Below, piece by piece: positions 51,613 through 60,828 of a DNA stretch of 64,000 nucleotides. Source of the stretch: a virus; IMG/VR virus record IMGVR_UViG_3300014656_000015; one strand, given 5' to 3'. Position 1 is the stretch's first letter. The number at the start of each line of letters is the position of its first letter. Position numbers and translations under genes: made by a program. Below the pieces are notes generated by a model. That model saw only the letters and a program-made list of their open reading frames with translations, ran no database searches and was not told the origin of the DNA.

Positions 51613-52680
51613 CTATGTCTCGATGCTCGGCCGATACTCGTCCCGAGTCATATCCCAGGTCCACGCCACGGCATCCGACGCCGTCTGCACATCAGGAGGT
51701 ACTCGAAGCAGATACCGACGCCGGATACCGTCGTGCTCCGTCGCATCGGTAACCTCGACCGCGACCAGCGGCTCGTCATCGGGCAGCTCCAACCGATAGA
51801 GGCAGCCCCGTTCGTCACGGGACACGACCCGCGCCCCGTCCAGGACTCGCTCCAGCCCGACCCTCTCGATCATGACACGCCGAATCTCAGCGTTAGACTC
51901 ACTCAACACCTCGTCTCGGGTCAGCTCGTCGGAGCACAGGATCACCCGTTCCGGTACCCGAACCCCGTGCCAAGCGTAAACACCCCAACCATCGGGGTAA
52001 CCAATAGCCAGGGCATCGGGACAGTGAAGCCGACCGCGCTCATCGAGATGGAGCGAGGTCGGCAGTGGGGTCACCACAGCAACATCGCTGCATGGCCACC
52101 ACCACCCGATCAGCGAAGCGAGCCGGATCAACCCATCCAGCGGTGAGATGTCGATCCCGCAAACCTCACCGAAATAAATATAGAATCCAAGCCAGGGCGC
52201 ATCATGCACCCCGTAGGCAACCCAATTGACCGAGTCCCAGACCACGGCCCGAACCGAGTCCAGGACCGAGCCCCAAACCGAGTCCAGGACCGAGCCCCGA
52301 ACCGAGTCCAGGACCGAGTCCAGGACCGAGTCCAGGACCGAGGCCCGGACCGAGGCCCGGACCGAGCCCCGGACCGAGTCCAGGACCGAGGCCCGGACCG
52401 AGGCCCGGACCGAGGCCAGGACCGAGGCCAGGACCGAGGCCCGGACCGAGAAGCTACGGAGCACTACGGTACAAAGCACACCGGCCATCGGCGATGTGCT
52501 CTTCACTATCTGTGTCGGAGGCAGTAGGCCACCGGCCCGGTAGGCAGCGTTGATCGCTGGGCGAACCCGACGCAGGTCGATTCGACCGTCTCCCGTCGCT
52601 AGGCCGATCCGGGTCCAACGCTCGGCATAGACCGGCAGGAGCGCCTCCTGCTCAGAAGTCAGTGCCTCAATCCGCGACAC
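51613..52680 (-). CDS. DUF6745-like protein with SVxx tetrapeptide repeats
   Basis: LTSEQEALL; GWWWP...LHCPDALAI.YPDGWGVYAWHGVRVP; NAEIRRVMIE; LRVPP...AVAWT. Confidence 0.8.
   Translation of the reverse strand: MSRIEALTSEQEALLPVYAERWTRIGLATGDGRIDLRRVRPAINAAYRAGGLLPPTQIVKSTSPMAGVLCTVVLRSFSVRASVLASVLASVRASVRASVLDSVRGSVRASVRASVLDSVLDSVLDSVRGSVLDSVWGSVLDSVRAVVWDSVNWVAYGVHDAPWLGFYIYFGEVCGIDISPLDGLIRLASLIGWWWPCSDVAVVTPLPTSLHLDERGRLHCPDALAIGYPDGWGVYAWHGVRVPERVILCSDELTRDEVLSESNAEIRRVMIERVGLERVLDGARVVSRDERGCLYRLELPDDEPLVAVEVTDATEHDGIRRRYLLRVPPDVQTASDAVAWTWDMTRDEYRPSIET
52228..52449 (-). repeat. 12-nt tandem repeat (~18 units: SVRA/SVLD/SVRG)
   Basis: Visible directly as ggaccgag(t/g/c)cc units. Confidence 0.95.
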
Positions 52681-52987
52681 GACGAAGCTCCGTGGGGTGA
52701 TACTCCCGCTGCCGCACCACCCGGTACAGGCCCGGATCGAGGTCGATCCAGGCGTGCTCCTCATGCTCCAGCCGCGTTGCCTCACGCACCCGAAGCAGCA
52801 TTGCGGCCTGCGCGACGTAGAGCGCCGCCGCGATGGCGGGGACCGCATGGGCGTGCCCCGTCGCCTCGCCCTCCGCGAGAATCAGCCGGCCACGCCCGTC
52901 CGGCTCGACCTCGGTGTACTCCTCGGACATCTCGCTCTCGTCCATCCGGACAAGCAGCACGTCTCCCTGTCTCACCTGCTTCATCAT
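52667..52987 (-). CDS. conserved partner of DUF6745-like proteins
   Basis: RQGDVLL...LAEGEATGHAH...HEEH...PGLYRVVRQREY...RRVAD. Confidence 0.85.
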   Translation of the reverse strand: MMKQVRQGDVLLVRMDESEMSEEYTEVEPDGRGRLILAEGEATGHAHAVPAIAAALYVAQAAMLLRVREATRLEHEEHAWIDLDPGLYRVVRQREYHPTELRRVAD

Positions 52988-54252
52988 TCCTCCTTTCCAG
53001 CCATATAGGTGTGTCCCATAGGCTTCGTCGGTAGATCCGGTCTCACGATGGTGGGCCGGCGCCATGCTGTCTTCCGCAGAGTCCGTCCCGGCCCATGGGG
53101 TTGATTCACGAAGGCACCCTTGCGTACATGGGAGTAGGCCAGCTCCCTGCCCCCTCCCTCCCCTGCCTTCCAGCTCTTCGAGACCCGATAGCTCGAGGTC
53201 AGCGTTCCACCGACCCAACGCTCCCAGTCCGTGAACTGTCTAGCGGCCTCCCGCTTCTTCATCCGCTTCCGCTGCCTCTCCGGAGCCGGAGCATGGCCCT
53301 GCCTCTTGATGATATCGGCTCCTGGCAAGGACAGGTAGAGCAACAGATTCAGCAAGAATAGCGACAGATAGGCATAGAACTGGGAGTCGAGCACGGGATG
53401 ACCGCACACGATATATGCGGAGCGGTGCGTCCGGTCCGCGTCCCGAACGCACTCCTCCCAGCCCCGGATCGTATCGCACGCCTCCTGGATCGAATGCTCG
53501 GTCATCGCGAAGTCGGAGACGGAAAAGGACCAGCCCGGGCCCTCCTCAGGATGCATGGAGGCCCCCACACTGGACAGGAGCAGAGTACGCCGGGTCCGCT
53601 CGAGATCTACCACATACTCCTCGTATTCGGAGACCAACAAGGCCTCCAAGGTGACCGCCATCCCCTGCTCCTGGTAGGCGAACGCGCCTGGCGGGAGTAG
53701 GATGCCGAAGGCCGGAAGCGGGAGTCGGATACTATCGGGGTCCGTGACCTTCAACGTTGTGTCGTGAAGCGCCGAGACCAGATCCAGACTCGGCTCGATC
53801 CAGCACGGGGTATCCGATAGCTCGAACATCTTGAAGATGAGGTAGCCTACGGACACCGAGCCCCACTCGAGACGGGACGGCCCAGAACCCCCTACTGAGC
53901 CCCGTAGCAGATCGACACAATCCAGCCCGGCCCCAGTACGCCTCCAACGATGCGTGCATAGCTGCAACAGGTGGCTCATCCCTACCGGGACCTCACCCCC
54001 GGACACCGCGAGGAGCTCCCACATCAGGAAGGCCAGGGCCGGCTTGATGAAGGGCTGTCCCTTCAACCCGACACTGTTGGCCATCCTGACCATCCAATCC
54101 CGCTCCTGTCTCGTCGGGAGCTCGCGTACCTGACGAGAGCCCAGCTCCCGGCCCTGGACATGAGCCAGCAGCTTGAGCAATTTGGGGTTGTCCGGCCCCA
54201 GGACCTCGCCGAGCTCCCCGAAATCCAATCGAATACTTCCATTCTCCTTCAT
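52984..54252 (-). CDS. conserved phage protein of unknown function
   Basis: Promoter motif and RBS; C-terminal HVRKG...QPHGPGR..RK..W..P pattern. Confidence 0.7.
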   Translation of the reverse strand: MKENGSIRLDFGELGEVLGPDNPKLLKLLAHVQGRELGSRQVRELPTRQERDWMVRMANSVGLKGQPFIKPALAFLMWELLAVSGGEVPVGMSHLLQLCTHRWRRTGAGLDCVDLLRGSVGGSGPSRLEWGSVSVGYLIFKMFELSDTPCWIEPSLDLVSALHDTTLKVTDPDSIRLPLPAFGILLPPGAFAYQEQGMAVTLEALLVSEYEEYVVDLERTRRTLLLSSVGASMHPEEGPGWSFSVSDFAMTEHSIQEACDTIRGWEECVRDADRTHRSAYIVCGHPVLDSQFYAYLSLFLLNLLLYLSLPGADIIKRQGHAPAPERQRKRMKKREAARQFTDWERWVGGTLTSSYRVSKSWKAGEGGGRELAYSHVRKGAFVNQPHGPGRTLRKTAWRRPTIVRPDLPTKPMGHTYMAGKEE

Positions 54253-54559
54253 GGGTCACTCCTTTCCACAGTAAGGAACCCAACTGCTTATAACGATAAG
54301 CAGCTAAGAGTTGGGCGCGAGACGCGCCCGAAGGAAGGTAGGAATGGATCAGGCCGCCTGTATCCGAGCAGGCCTGCGCAGACGAATCGTGGCGGGACGC
54401 GAAAGCTCGAGGCGGGAGAGCCGGCGCAGCTCCTGGTTCCGGGCCAGCTCGGCCTCCCTGCGGAACCACTTCTCGTAGCGCTCCTGCGTCATCGTGGATC
54501 CGTCGTCCCAGTGCGGTGGCATCTCGGTCTCCCAGTAAAGCCCGCAGCGGCAGACCCCG

Positions 54560-56647
54560 TTATCGGCTCGTGTCCCCGGGCGATACCCTGGGCACGGCTC
54601 CTTCTTCCTCTCCTTTGTCGACATCGTTGTCTCCCTCCACCAGGACCCGCTCCACGATGGACCGACCCTGGCCAAGCTCGTACACCCTCCGGAACCTGGG
54701 TAGGCTCGACACGATTGTCGCGCCGTACCCCTTCTCGATCAATCTGGAATCGGCAATCACGATGACGCCGACATCGGTCTCCGACCGGATGAGGCGGCCC
54801 GCACCCTGACGCAGGGCAAGCGTGGCCATGGGCACGCTGAGATCCATGAATACGTTGCCGCCGCTCCGCTGCACCAGCTCCTGTCTCGCGTCGAAGATGG
54901 GGTCGTCGGGGACCGGGAACGGGATCTTGTCGATGAAGAGCCCGATCAGTGCGTTGCCAGGAACATCGACTCCTGTCCAGAGACTGGCCACACCCAGCAT
55001 AATGCTCCTCTCATCCTCCCGGAACCGGATCAAAAGGGTGTCCAGCGGGGCCTCCCCCTGTACCTGGACCCGTATCTCCGGGGGCAGACGTGGCACCAAT
55101 GCCTCCCGCACCACCTTCAGCCGGGACCAGCTCGTGAACAGGAGCAGGGAACGGCCGCCGCAAAGCTCGACGAGCTCGAAGCACAGATCGGCCAGGCTCT
55201 TGTTGTAGAAGTCGATGTCCTCCTTCCCCGACTTCTTACCGGGGGGCTGCGGGAACCCGGGTGGAATGTACAGCACGCCCTGATTGGACAGATCGAACGG
55301 GGACGGGACGATGAGCCGGACCACCCCGGTAGGGGGCAGGCCTAGCTCCTCAGCGATGTAGTCGAAGCTGTCCTTCACCGTCATCGTGGCCGATACGAAG
55401 CAGACACTGTGCAGGCCACGGTGGAACAGGCGACGGTTCAGGATGGGGCCCACCGCGATGGGCCTGGCCTCGAAACGGTCCCGGCGCGGGTCGGCGGAGC
55501 TCCCATCCTTCTCCTTCCAGTAGATCCAACCCAGATCCTGTTCCAGGCCCAGACTCTTCTCGAGACGGTTCCGGACCACAAGGGTGCGCTCGATACATTT
55601 CCGCACCCGCTCCACCTCCTTACGTATCCGGTCCGGATTGTCACCGATGTCCTCGACTCCGCCCTCGCTTACCTTCTGAATCCTGCTGGCAAGGACCGCT
55701 TCGACCCGGTCCACCACGGCCAGGGCCGCATCGGAGTCCTCGAACCACTCCCCCGGTGTCTTCGACACGTTCCCCGTCTTGATCAGGTCACGGGCCTGTG
55801 AATAGAGCCGGTTCCGCAGCTCCTCCAGCTCCGCCACCAGCTTGTCCTGCTCCAGCTCCCGGGCGAAACCAATGAGCGCCCGGAACGAACCATAGCTCAG
55901 GGTCCAGCCCAGCACGTTCCTGGCAATGTCGGGGAGCTCATGGGCCTCATCGAAGATGACGATGTCGTGTGCCGGCAAGTGATCCGTCGCCAGCAGGTAA
56001 AGATAGTGGTTGCATACCACAACATCAACGTTCCGGGCCCGATTCCATGCCTGCCGTGAGAAACAGCTCGTCTCGTAATGCCCGCAGGCCCGGCCCAGAC
56101 ACTCATCGCCTTGCCGGCTCACCAGTGGCCAGACCCAGGGGTTGGTGCTGAGCTCCACCATGTCGCCCGAGACTGTGGATTCGAGCCACTTCTGGATCGT
56201 CTCGAGCTCCTCGACCTCCTGCTTCCGCAACGTGACCCGACCCCGGGACACGTTGTGGCGAAGCGAGGCGTAGGCGTCCCGACACAGGTAGTTGTTCCGC
56301 CCCTTCAGAAGAGCGTAGCGAAAGTTCCACGGCAGGACGCGCTGCAAAAAGGGCAGATCCTTGTTCACGATCTGGCCCTGCAACCCCTTCGTTGCTGTGG
56401 AGATGATGGTATGGACCGTGCCCGACCTACTCGGGTCCCGCATGAATCGAATCGCGGGAACCAGGGCCGCCAGGCTCTTCCCGCTGCCAGTCGGCGCCTC
56501 ACCGACCAGGTGGGTGCCGGTCTCGAACGCATTCAGGAACGCATCGGCCAGCTCCACCTGGCCCGACCGATGTCGGTAACTGGACAGGGTCCTGGAGAGG
56601 GTGCCCCCCTCCCCGAAGACCTGCCACATCGGACTCGTTGTCTCCAT
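54560..56647 (-). CDS. dinG: DinG/YoaA family SF2 helicase
   Basis: Q motif RSGQ, EAPTGSGKS, KGRNNYLC, Fe-S Cys residues, DEAH, SAT, GVDVPG, QGAGRLIRS. Confidence 0.93.
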   Translation of the reverse strand: METTSPMWQVFGEGGTLSRTLSSYRHRSGQVELADAFLNAFETGTHLVGEAPTGSGKSLAALVPAIRFMRDPSRSGTVHTIISTATKGLQGQIVNKDLPFLQRVLPWNFRYALLKGRNNYLCRDAYASLRHNVSRGRVTLRKQEVEELETIQKWLESTVSGDMVELSTNPWVWPLVSRQGDECLGRACGHYETSCFSRQAWNRARNVDVVVCNHYLYLLATDHLPAHDIVIFDEAHELPDIARNVLGWTLSYGSFRALIGFARELEQDKLVAELEELRNRLYSQARDLIKTGNVSKTPGEWFEDSDAALAVVDRVEAVLASRIQKVSEGGVEDIGDNPDRIRKEVERVRKCIERTLVVRNRLEKSLGLEQDLGWIYWKEKDGSSADPRRDRFEARPIAVGPILNRRLFHRGLHSVCFVSATMTVKDSFDYIAEELGLPPTGVVRLIVPSPFDLSNQGVLYIPPGFPQPPGKKSGKEDIDFYNKSLADLCFELVELCGGRSLLLFTSWSRLKVVREALVPRLPPEIRVQVQGEAPLDTLLIRFREDERSIMLGVASLWTGVDVPGNALIGLFIDKIPFPVPDDPIFDARQELVQRSGGNVFMDLSVPMATLALRQGAGRLIRSETDVGVIVIADSRLIEKGYGATIVSSLPRFRRVYELGQGRSIVERVLVEGDNDVDKGEEEGAVPRVSPGDTSR

Positions 56648-56658
56648 CTCGCTTCCTC

Positions 56659-58395
56659 TCAGAGTTGTTCAATGCTGCCCAGAAGCAGGGAGTGTATGCT
56701 CCGGACCAGGAACTCTCGGTGCTGCGGCTTGCCACGCCAGGACCAGGGGCAGTGCCAGGGCAGCCGAAGGTAGAACTGGGCCCTGGACCTGATGATCAGA
56801 TCAGCCACGATGTCCGAGAGCCGGATCAGCTGACCCCCGGGATCGGACTCACACAGCTTCGGGTCGACAGAGTAGAAATCGCTACTACCCCGGTATCGAA
56901 GCAGGGACCGGGCCAGCAACACCAGGACATCGATGTGATCGATGTCGGGCACGATCCCTTGCTCCAACCCGTTGGCCTCGTCGATCCGCCCATTGATACG
57001 AAAGACGCCGGCCATGAACCGACACAGCCCCTGCGGGATACGGCCAAGGATGCGGCCCATGCATCGATCCTTGAGGGACTCCAGCAAAACGCTTGGCGTG
57101 TACTCGGAGTGTGTCTGATAATACACGATGTCGAACCCGCCCGGAGCCTTGCTTCCGGTCAGCGCCATACCGGTGACAGGCTCTGGCCTGGTCCCGAACA
57201 TCCGAACGGCCCGAGCCTCACGAGCCGGATGGGGCTCCGGACCCATGCGCCACGACAACGGGTCGTCCGGATCGATGAGCTTGGTCCGGAACCAATCCTG
57301 CAGCAGCGTGTTCGCATCGGGCTGCATCACGCACAGTGCCATGTAGGAGTGGCGCAGCGCCTCGGCCCCGACATGTCCGTAGTGATCCAGGCTGGTCCCA
57401 GACGTCCGAAAGGGATCCTGAGCCTGCTTGTTGACCTCGTAGTCATGTGACACCGGCTGGAACCGGGATCGGACCAGCTGGGCCAGCGGTGCTGTAGGAA
57501 TCCAGATGTTGGGATAGTGCGCGGCATCCAGCTCGGGCCAGAAGCAGCGATCGAACTCGAGCTGGATCATGCTGTAGAGTATCCACTCCTTCACCCTCCG
57601 CTCGATGAACACCTTGTGCGGCCAGCAAGGATCCGCAGCGCTGTCTCCGAGCAGCCGGACCAGAAGAAGCTGGAGGCTGTCCACGTATCGCACGTAGACG
57701 CTGCCTCGCTCCACCTGCTTGCCCGCCACGACGCGCTTGTTACCGGAATGTTCCTTACGCTTCCCATCCGCGTAGCTGGCCCAGAGCGTCACCAGGCTCA
57801 CAGTGGAGAGCGCCTTCCACTCCTGGTAGAGGCCCTCCAACCCGAATTTGACCTCATCCGGTATCTCTCCGTACTGGCTGTAGGGTCGGAGCAGCTCCAC
57901 CACCTTGTGCCGGATCCTCCCGGGGCCGGCCAGCAGCTCCTTGCGCCGATTCTCGGGGCATAGCGGTACCCCGCTCCGCAACGCCTCGAGCCGCTTCTCC
58001 GTGACGGCGTGGCGCGCCTGCCACCTCTCCTCAGCCGAAAGCACCCGGATCGGATCGGAACGATCCGGCTCGGGCTCCGTGGCTGGCTCCGGAGGACCCT
58101 CAACCACGTCGGGCTCAGGTACCGGGTCCTGCGGGAGGTCCGGAGTGGGCGCTGCGGCAGGCTCCGGACCCTGTTTCGCCTCGGGCCGACCCTTCTTGCC
58201 GAACAGGCCAAAAGCATCGACTATCTCCTGCAGCATGGTTTCGGGGTGCCCCGAGTAGTTTGAGCTGGCCTCGAACAGACCCTCCAGTATCCTCTGGGCC
58301 AGTTCCCGAACCTGCTCCTTGTTGAGGTCGATCGTGACTGTGAACCGTGCGGTGTGACCCGACAAGCCGCGTACACCCACCCTGTCCTCCTCCAT
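56659..58395 (-). CDS. large hypothetical protein
   Basis: GGAAAGGAGG RBS; lies between the AT-rich region and the helicase. Confidence 0.65.
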   Translation of the reverse strand: MEEDRVGVRGLSGHTARFTVTIDLNKEQVRELAQRILEGLFEASSNYSGHPETMLQEIVDAFGLFGKKGRPEAKQGPEPAAAPTPDLPQDPVPEPDVVEGPPEPATEPEPDRSDPIRVLSAEERWQARHAVTEKRLEALRSGVPLCPENRRKELLAGPGRIRHKVVELLRPYSQYGEIPDEVKFGLEGLYQEWKALSTVSLVTLWASYADGKRKEHSGNKRVVAGKQVERGSVYVRYVDSLQLLLVRLLGDSAADPCWPHKVFIERRVKEWILYSMIQLEFDRCFWPELDAAHYPNIWIPTAPLAQLVRSRFQPVSHDYEVNKQAQDPFRTSGTSLDHYGHVGAEALRHSYMALCVMQPDANTLLQDWFRTKLIDPDDPLSWRMGPEPHPAREARAVRMFGTRPEPVTGMALTGSKAPGGFDIVYYQTHSEYTPSVLLESLKDRCMGRILGRIPQGLCRFMAGVFRINGRIDEANGLEQGIVPDIDHIDVLVLLARSLLRYRGSSDFYSVDPKLCESDPGGQLIRLSDIVADLIIRSRAQFYLRLPWHCPWSWRGKPQHREFLVRSIHSLLLGSIEQL

Positions 58396-58396
58396 T

Positions 58397-58831
58397 TCAT
58401 CCTCCTTTCCGCACTGGTTGGTGCATCCGCTGCATCTGCCAATGCACGTCTCTTCGAAGCTCGAGCATCGCCCGATACTCCGGATTATCTGGATTCTTAC
58501 CGCGTAGATCGGTCCCCAGGAACTGAACAGCCAGGTCAAGCTCGGCCAGGAGCTGCGTCGGCAGCGAGCCCCGATGCTCCTGAAGGTCCTGGACCACACG
58601 TCTGATGCCAGTCCGGTTCCGAAGTACCCAGGTCAGGGTCCCACGAACCCTGGGTTTGATCAGGGCGCCTCCGTATCTGGCGATCACCAGGTCCAGCACA
58701 TCCTTTCGTCTGCCTGGCATGCTCATCTTGACGTAGACTCGGAGCAGCCCCCCATCATTCGTCTTCCGCTCCGTACTGACGTTGAACAGTCCCCGGGCCG
58801 CCATCAACCCTGCAAAGAAGGCTGTGTGCAC
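58397..58831 (-). CDS. degenerate LAGLIDADG-fold protein
   Basis: TAFFAGLMAARGLF (~LAGLIDADG); ..RYGG; TWVL; single-motif size. Confidence 0.6.
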   Translation of the reverse strand: MHTAFFAGLMAARGLFNVSTERKTNDGGLLRVYVKMSMPGRRKDVLDLVIARYGGALIKPRVRGTLTWVLRNRTGIRRVVQDLQEHRGSLPTQLLAELDLAVQFLGTDLRGKNPDNPEYRAMLELRRDVHWQMQRMHQPVRKGG

Positions 58832-58844
58832 AGTGCTCCTCCTG

Positions 58845-59190
58845 TTTTTTGAACCCTAGTTAGAACTCTAAAGTAGTATATTATATATTATACATACTAT
58901 ATAACACATACAGAATGATCCATGATCAGTATATCTTGATCAGCCAGCCCTGATCACAGTCAAGTAGTATATTTAGTTCTATCCTGTACATGACATGGTG
59001 CTATGGTACAAAACCCCGATATGAGGCGCGTCTAACTAGCTGAAAAGACCTAAACCGCATCGGTCAAAAGTGGCTGTTTCGCTGTCAACTCATGCAAATG
59101 CCCGATGAAAACGACAGTTGGGCCTGATCAGGTGCCTAGAGTGCTCACTGCCGTTTTCATCGGGCATTTCTACCGTCGGTGCGTGATCAA
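58845..59190. other. AT-rich non-coding region, candidate replication origin
   Basis: AT-rich tract, TGATCA at 14-nt spacing, 12-nt direct repeat, 23-bp inverted repeat. Confidence 0.5.
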
Positions 59191-59611
59191 GACGGTTCCT
59201 ACATCGGGTCCCACCGCCTGATCACGAAGCTGTAACGTGGTCTGTCACCGGTCCGGATCACACAGTGTACATCGAACGCTGCCCGATCAAGCTCCCACCC
59301 GTCCCCACAGTGCTGTGCAGCCTCGTCCAGGTACTGCTCCCAGTTCTTGGGCGGAATCTCCTTGGGGAGGTCCCACAGCATCCGAGCCACTACCAGCTTC
59401 TTGCCATGCCTGGAGGAGCGAATCAGCTGGGCCGAGGCATCCAGCACGGTTCCGTCCGACATGAGATCCGAGAACTGCTCCTGCGTCATCTCGATCCGGA
59501 GAATCTCGGATCGGCTCCTGCAGTCGGTGACAGCCAGCACCCAGCGCTCCCTACGAGGGTAGTCCAGCTCCAGGTTGCATTCGGTTCGTATCTCCTCATC
59601 ACCTGGAAATC

Positions 59612-60382
59612 TCATCCTGTTCCTCCCTTCCTTTCGCAAATCTCGGCCAAGGACTCGATCACATGGTACATCGTGCTCCTCGCCGCTTCCTTCCAGTACT
59701 CGTTCCGGTGCTCATCCTCGAGCTCCTCCTCGGTGAAGAAGGTACGTAGATCCAGAGACCCGGTCCGGGCCTGCTCGAAGAGCCGGGTCAGCACAAGGGG
59801 CAGGAGCGGGCTCGTGAAGTCGTACCGGTCCTGGGCCCCGCTCACCTCCAGCGCCATGACACCGGCCAGCTGTTCCTTGCTGACACCATGAAAAGCCTCG
59901 GACTCCTTGACAACGGTCTCCGCCCAACCATCAAGCCTGGAGATGATGACCCGCTGCAGGAGCCTTGATTCCTCCGGATCACCGGTCCAGTTGAACAGGG
60001 CGCCGGCGTGGTGCGTCCCGGATACCCGAAGCAACAATCTGGCGTCCTCGAGCGGGAGCAGGCCCTGGTCGTACTCTATGGCAACCCGGCACAGATAGCC
60101 GGTGCAGACAGCGGGCCGGTACGCCTCGTGCACCGTGCATCGGGACCGGCCATCCACCATCTGCTGGAAGTAGCACGGCATGATGATACGATGTGACCGT
60201 CCCCTGGCTGCCGCAGCGGTGTCCGCAAGTGAGGACCCGCCTGGTTCCGAGAAGACCCCGGGGGCTATTCCGTGCTCCCGACACATCCGCCCCGCCTCCT
60301 CCTCCGAGACATGTGCGATCAGGATGCGGCAGCAGATGCCGCAGTACGAACAGATCTCATCGATTCGTTCCGTGTTCGACAT
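59612..60382 (-). CDS. YkgJ-like CxxCxxCC protein
   Basis: CSYCGICC...PC..CTVHEAYRPAVCTGYLC. Confidence 0.75.
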   Translation of the reverse strand: MSNTERIDEICSYCGICCRILIAHVSEEEAGRMCREHGIAPGVFSEPGGSSLADTAAAARGRSHRIIMPCYFQQMVDGRSRCTVHEAYRPAVCTGYLCRVAIEYDQGLLPLEDARLLLRVSGTHHAGALFNWTGDPEESRLLQRVIISRLDGWAETVVKESEAFHGVSKEQLAGVMALEVSGAQDRYDFTSPLLPLVLTRLFEQARTGSLDLRTFFTEEELEDEHRNEYWKEAARSTMYHVIESLAEICERKGGTG

Positions 60383-60387
60383 TCGCC

Positions 60388-60828
60388 CTACTCGTCTTCC
60401 TCTTCCTCTTCCTCCTCTTCCTCCGATCCCTTCGGACCAAGCAGCTGGCGAAGCGGAATCCGAGTAGGGGTGCCGCCACTTGACTCCGGCGATACTTGCC
60501 GCGGCGTCGAGGCGCGGAGACCTAACATGGCGTATCCAATCTTGTCCGCCCACGGACTCTCGTCGAACGCGGCTGCGTCACCCTGCGAGATCCGGTTGTT
60601 CTTGTCCATGTCCCGGATCATGATGAGCGCCTCCTCGTAGCGCTCCGGAGCTATCCCGTTCGGCCACAACGCCCGCATCGCGGCGGCACTGGCCCACGTC
60701 GAGTCCCCATAGGCCCTGTTCTTGCGGTCCACGAGAACGGCGGCGTCCAGCGCCATCTGGAGCCAGGCCACATCCTCGATTCCGGTCTCCTCCTGGATCG
60801 CGCTCAGGAGCTCCGGGTCGATCCTCAT
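60388..60828 (-). CDS. DUF1599/Nmad1-like all-alpha protein
   Basis: RKNRAYGDS...RDMDKNNRI...ESPWADKIGYA. Confidence 0.65.
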   Translation of the reverse strand: MRIDPELLSAIQEETGIEDVAWLQMALDAAVLVDRKNRAYGDSTWASAAAMRALWPNGIAPERYEEALIMIRDMDKNNRISQGDAAAFDESPWADKIGYAMLGLRASTPRQVSPESSGGTPTRIPLRQLLGPKGSEEEEEEEEEDE

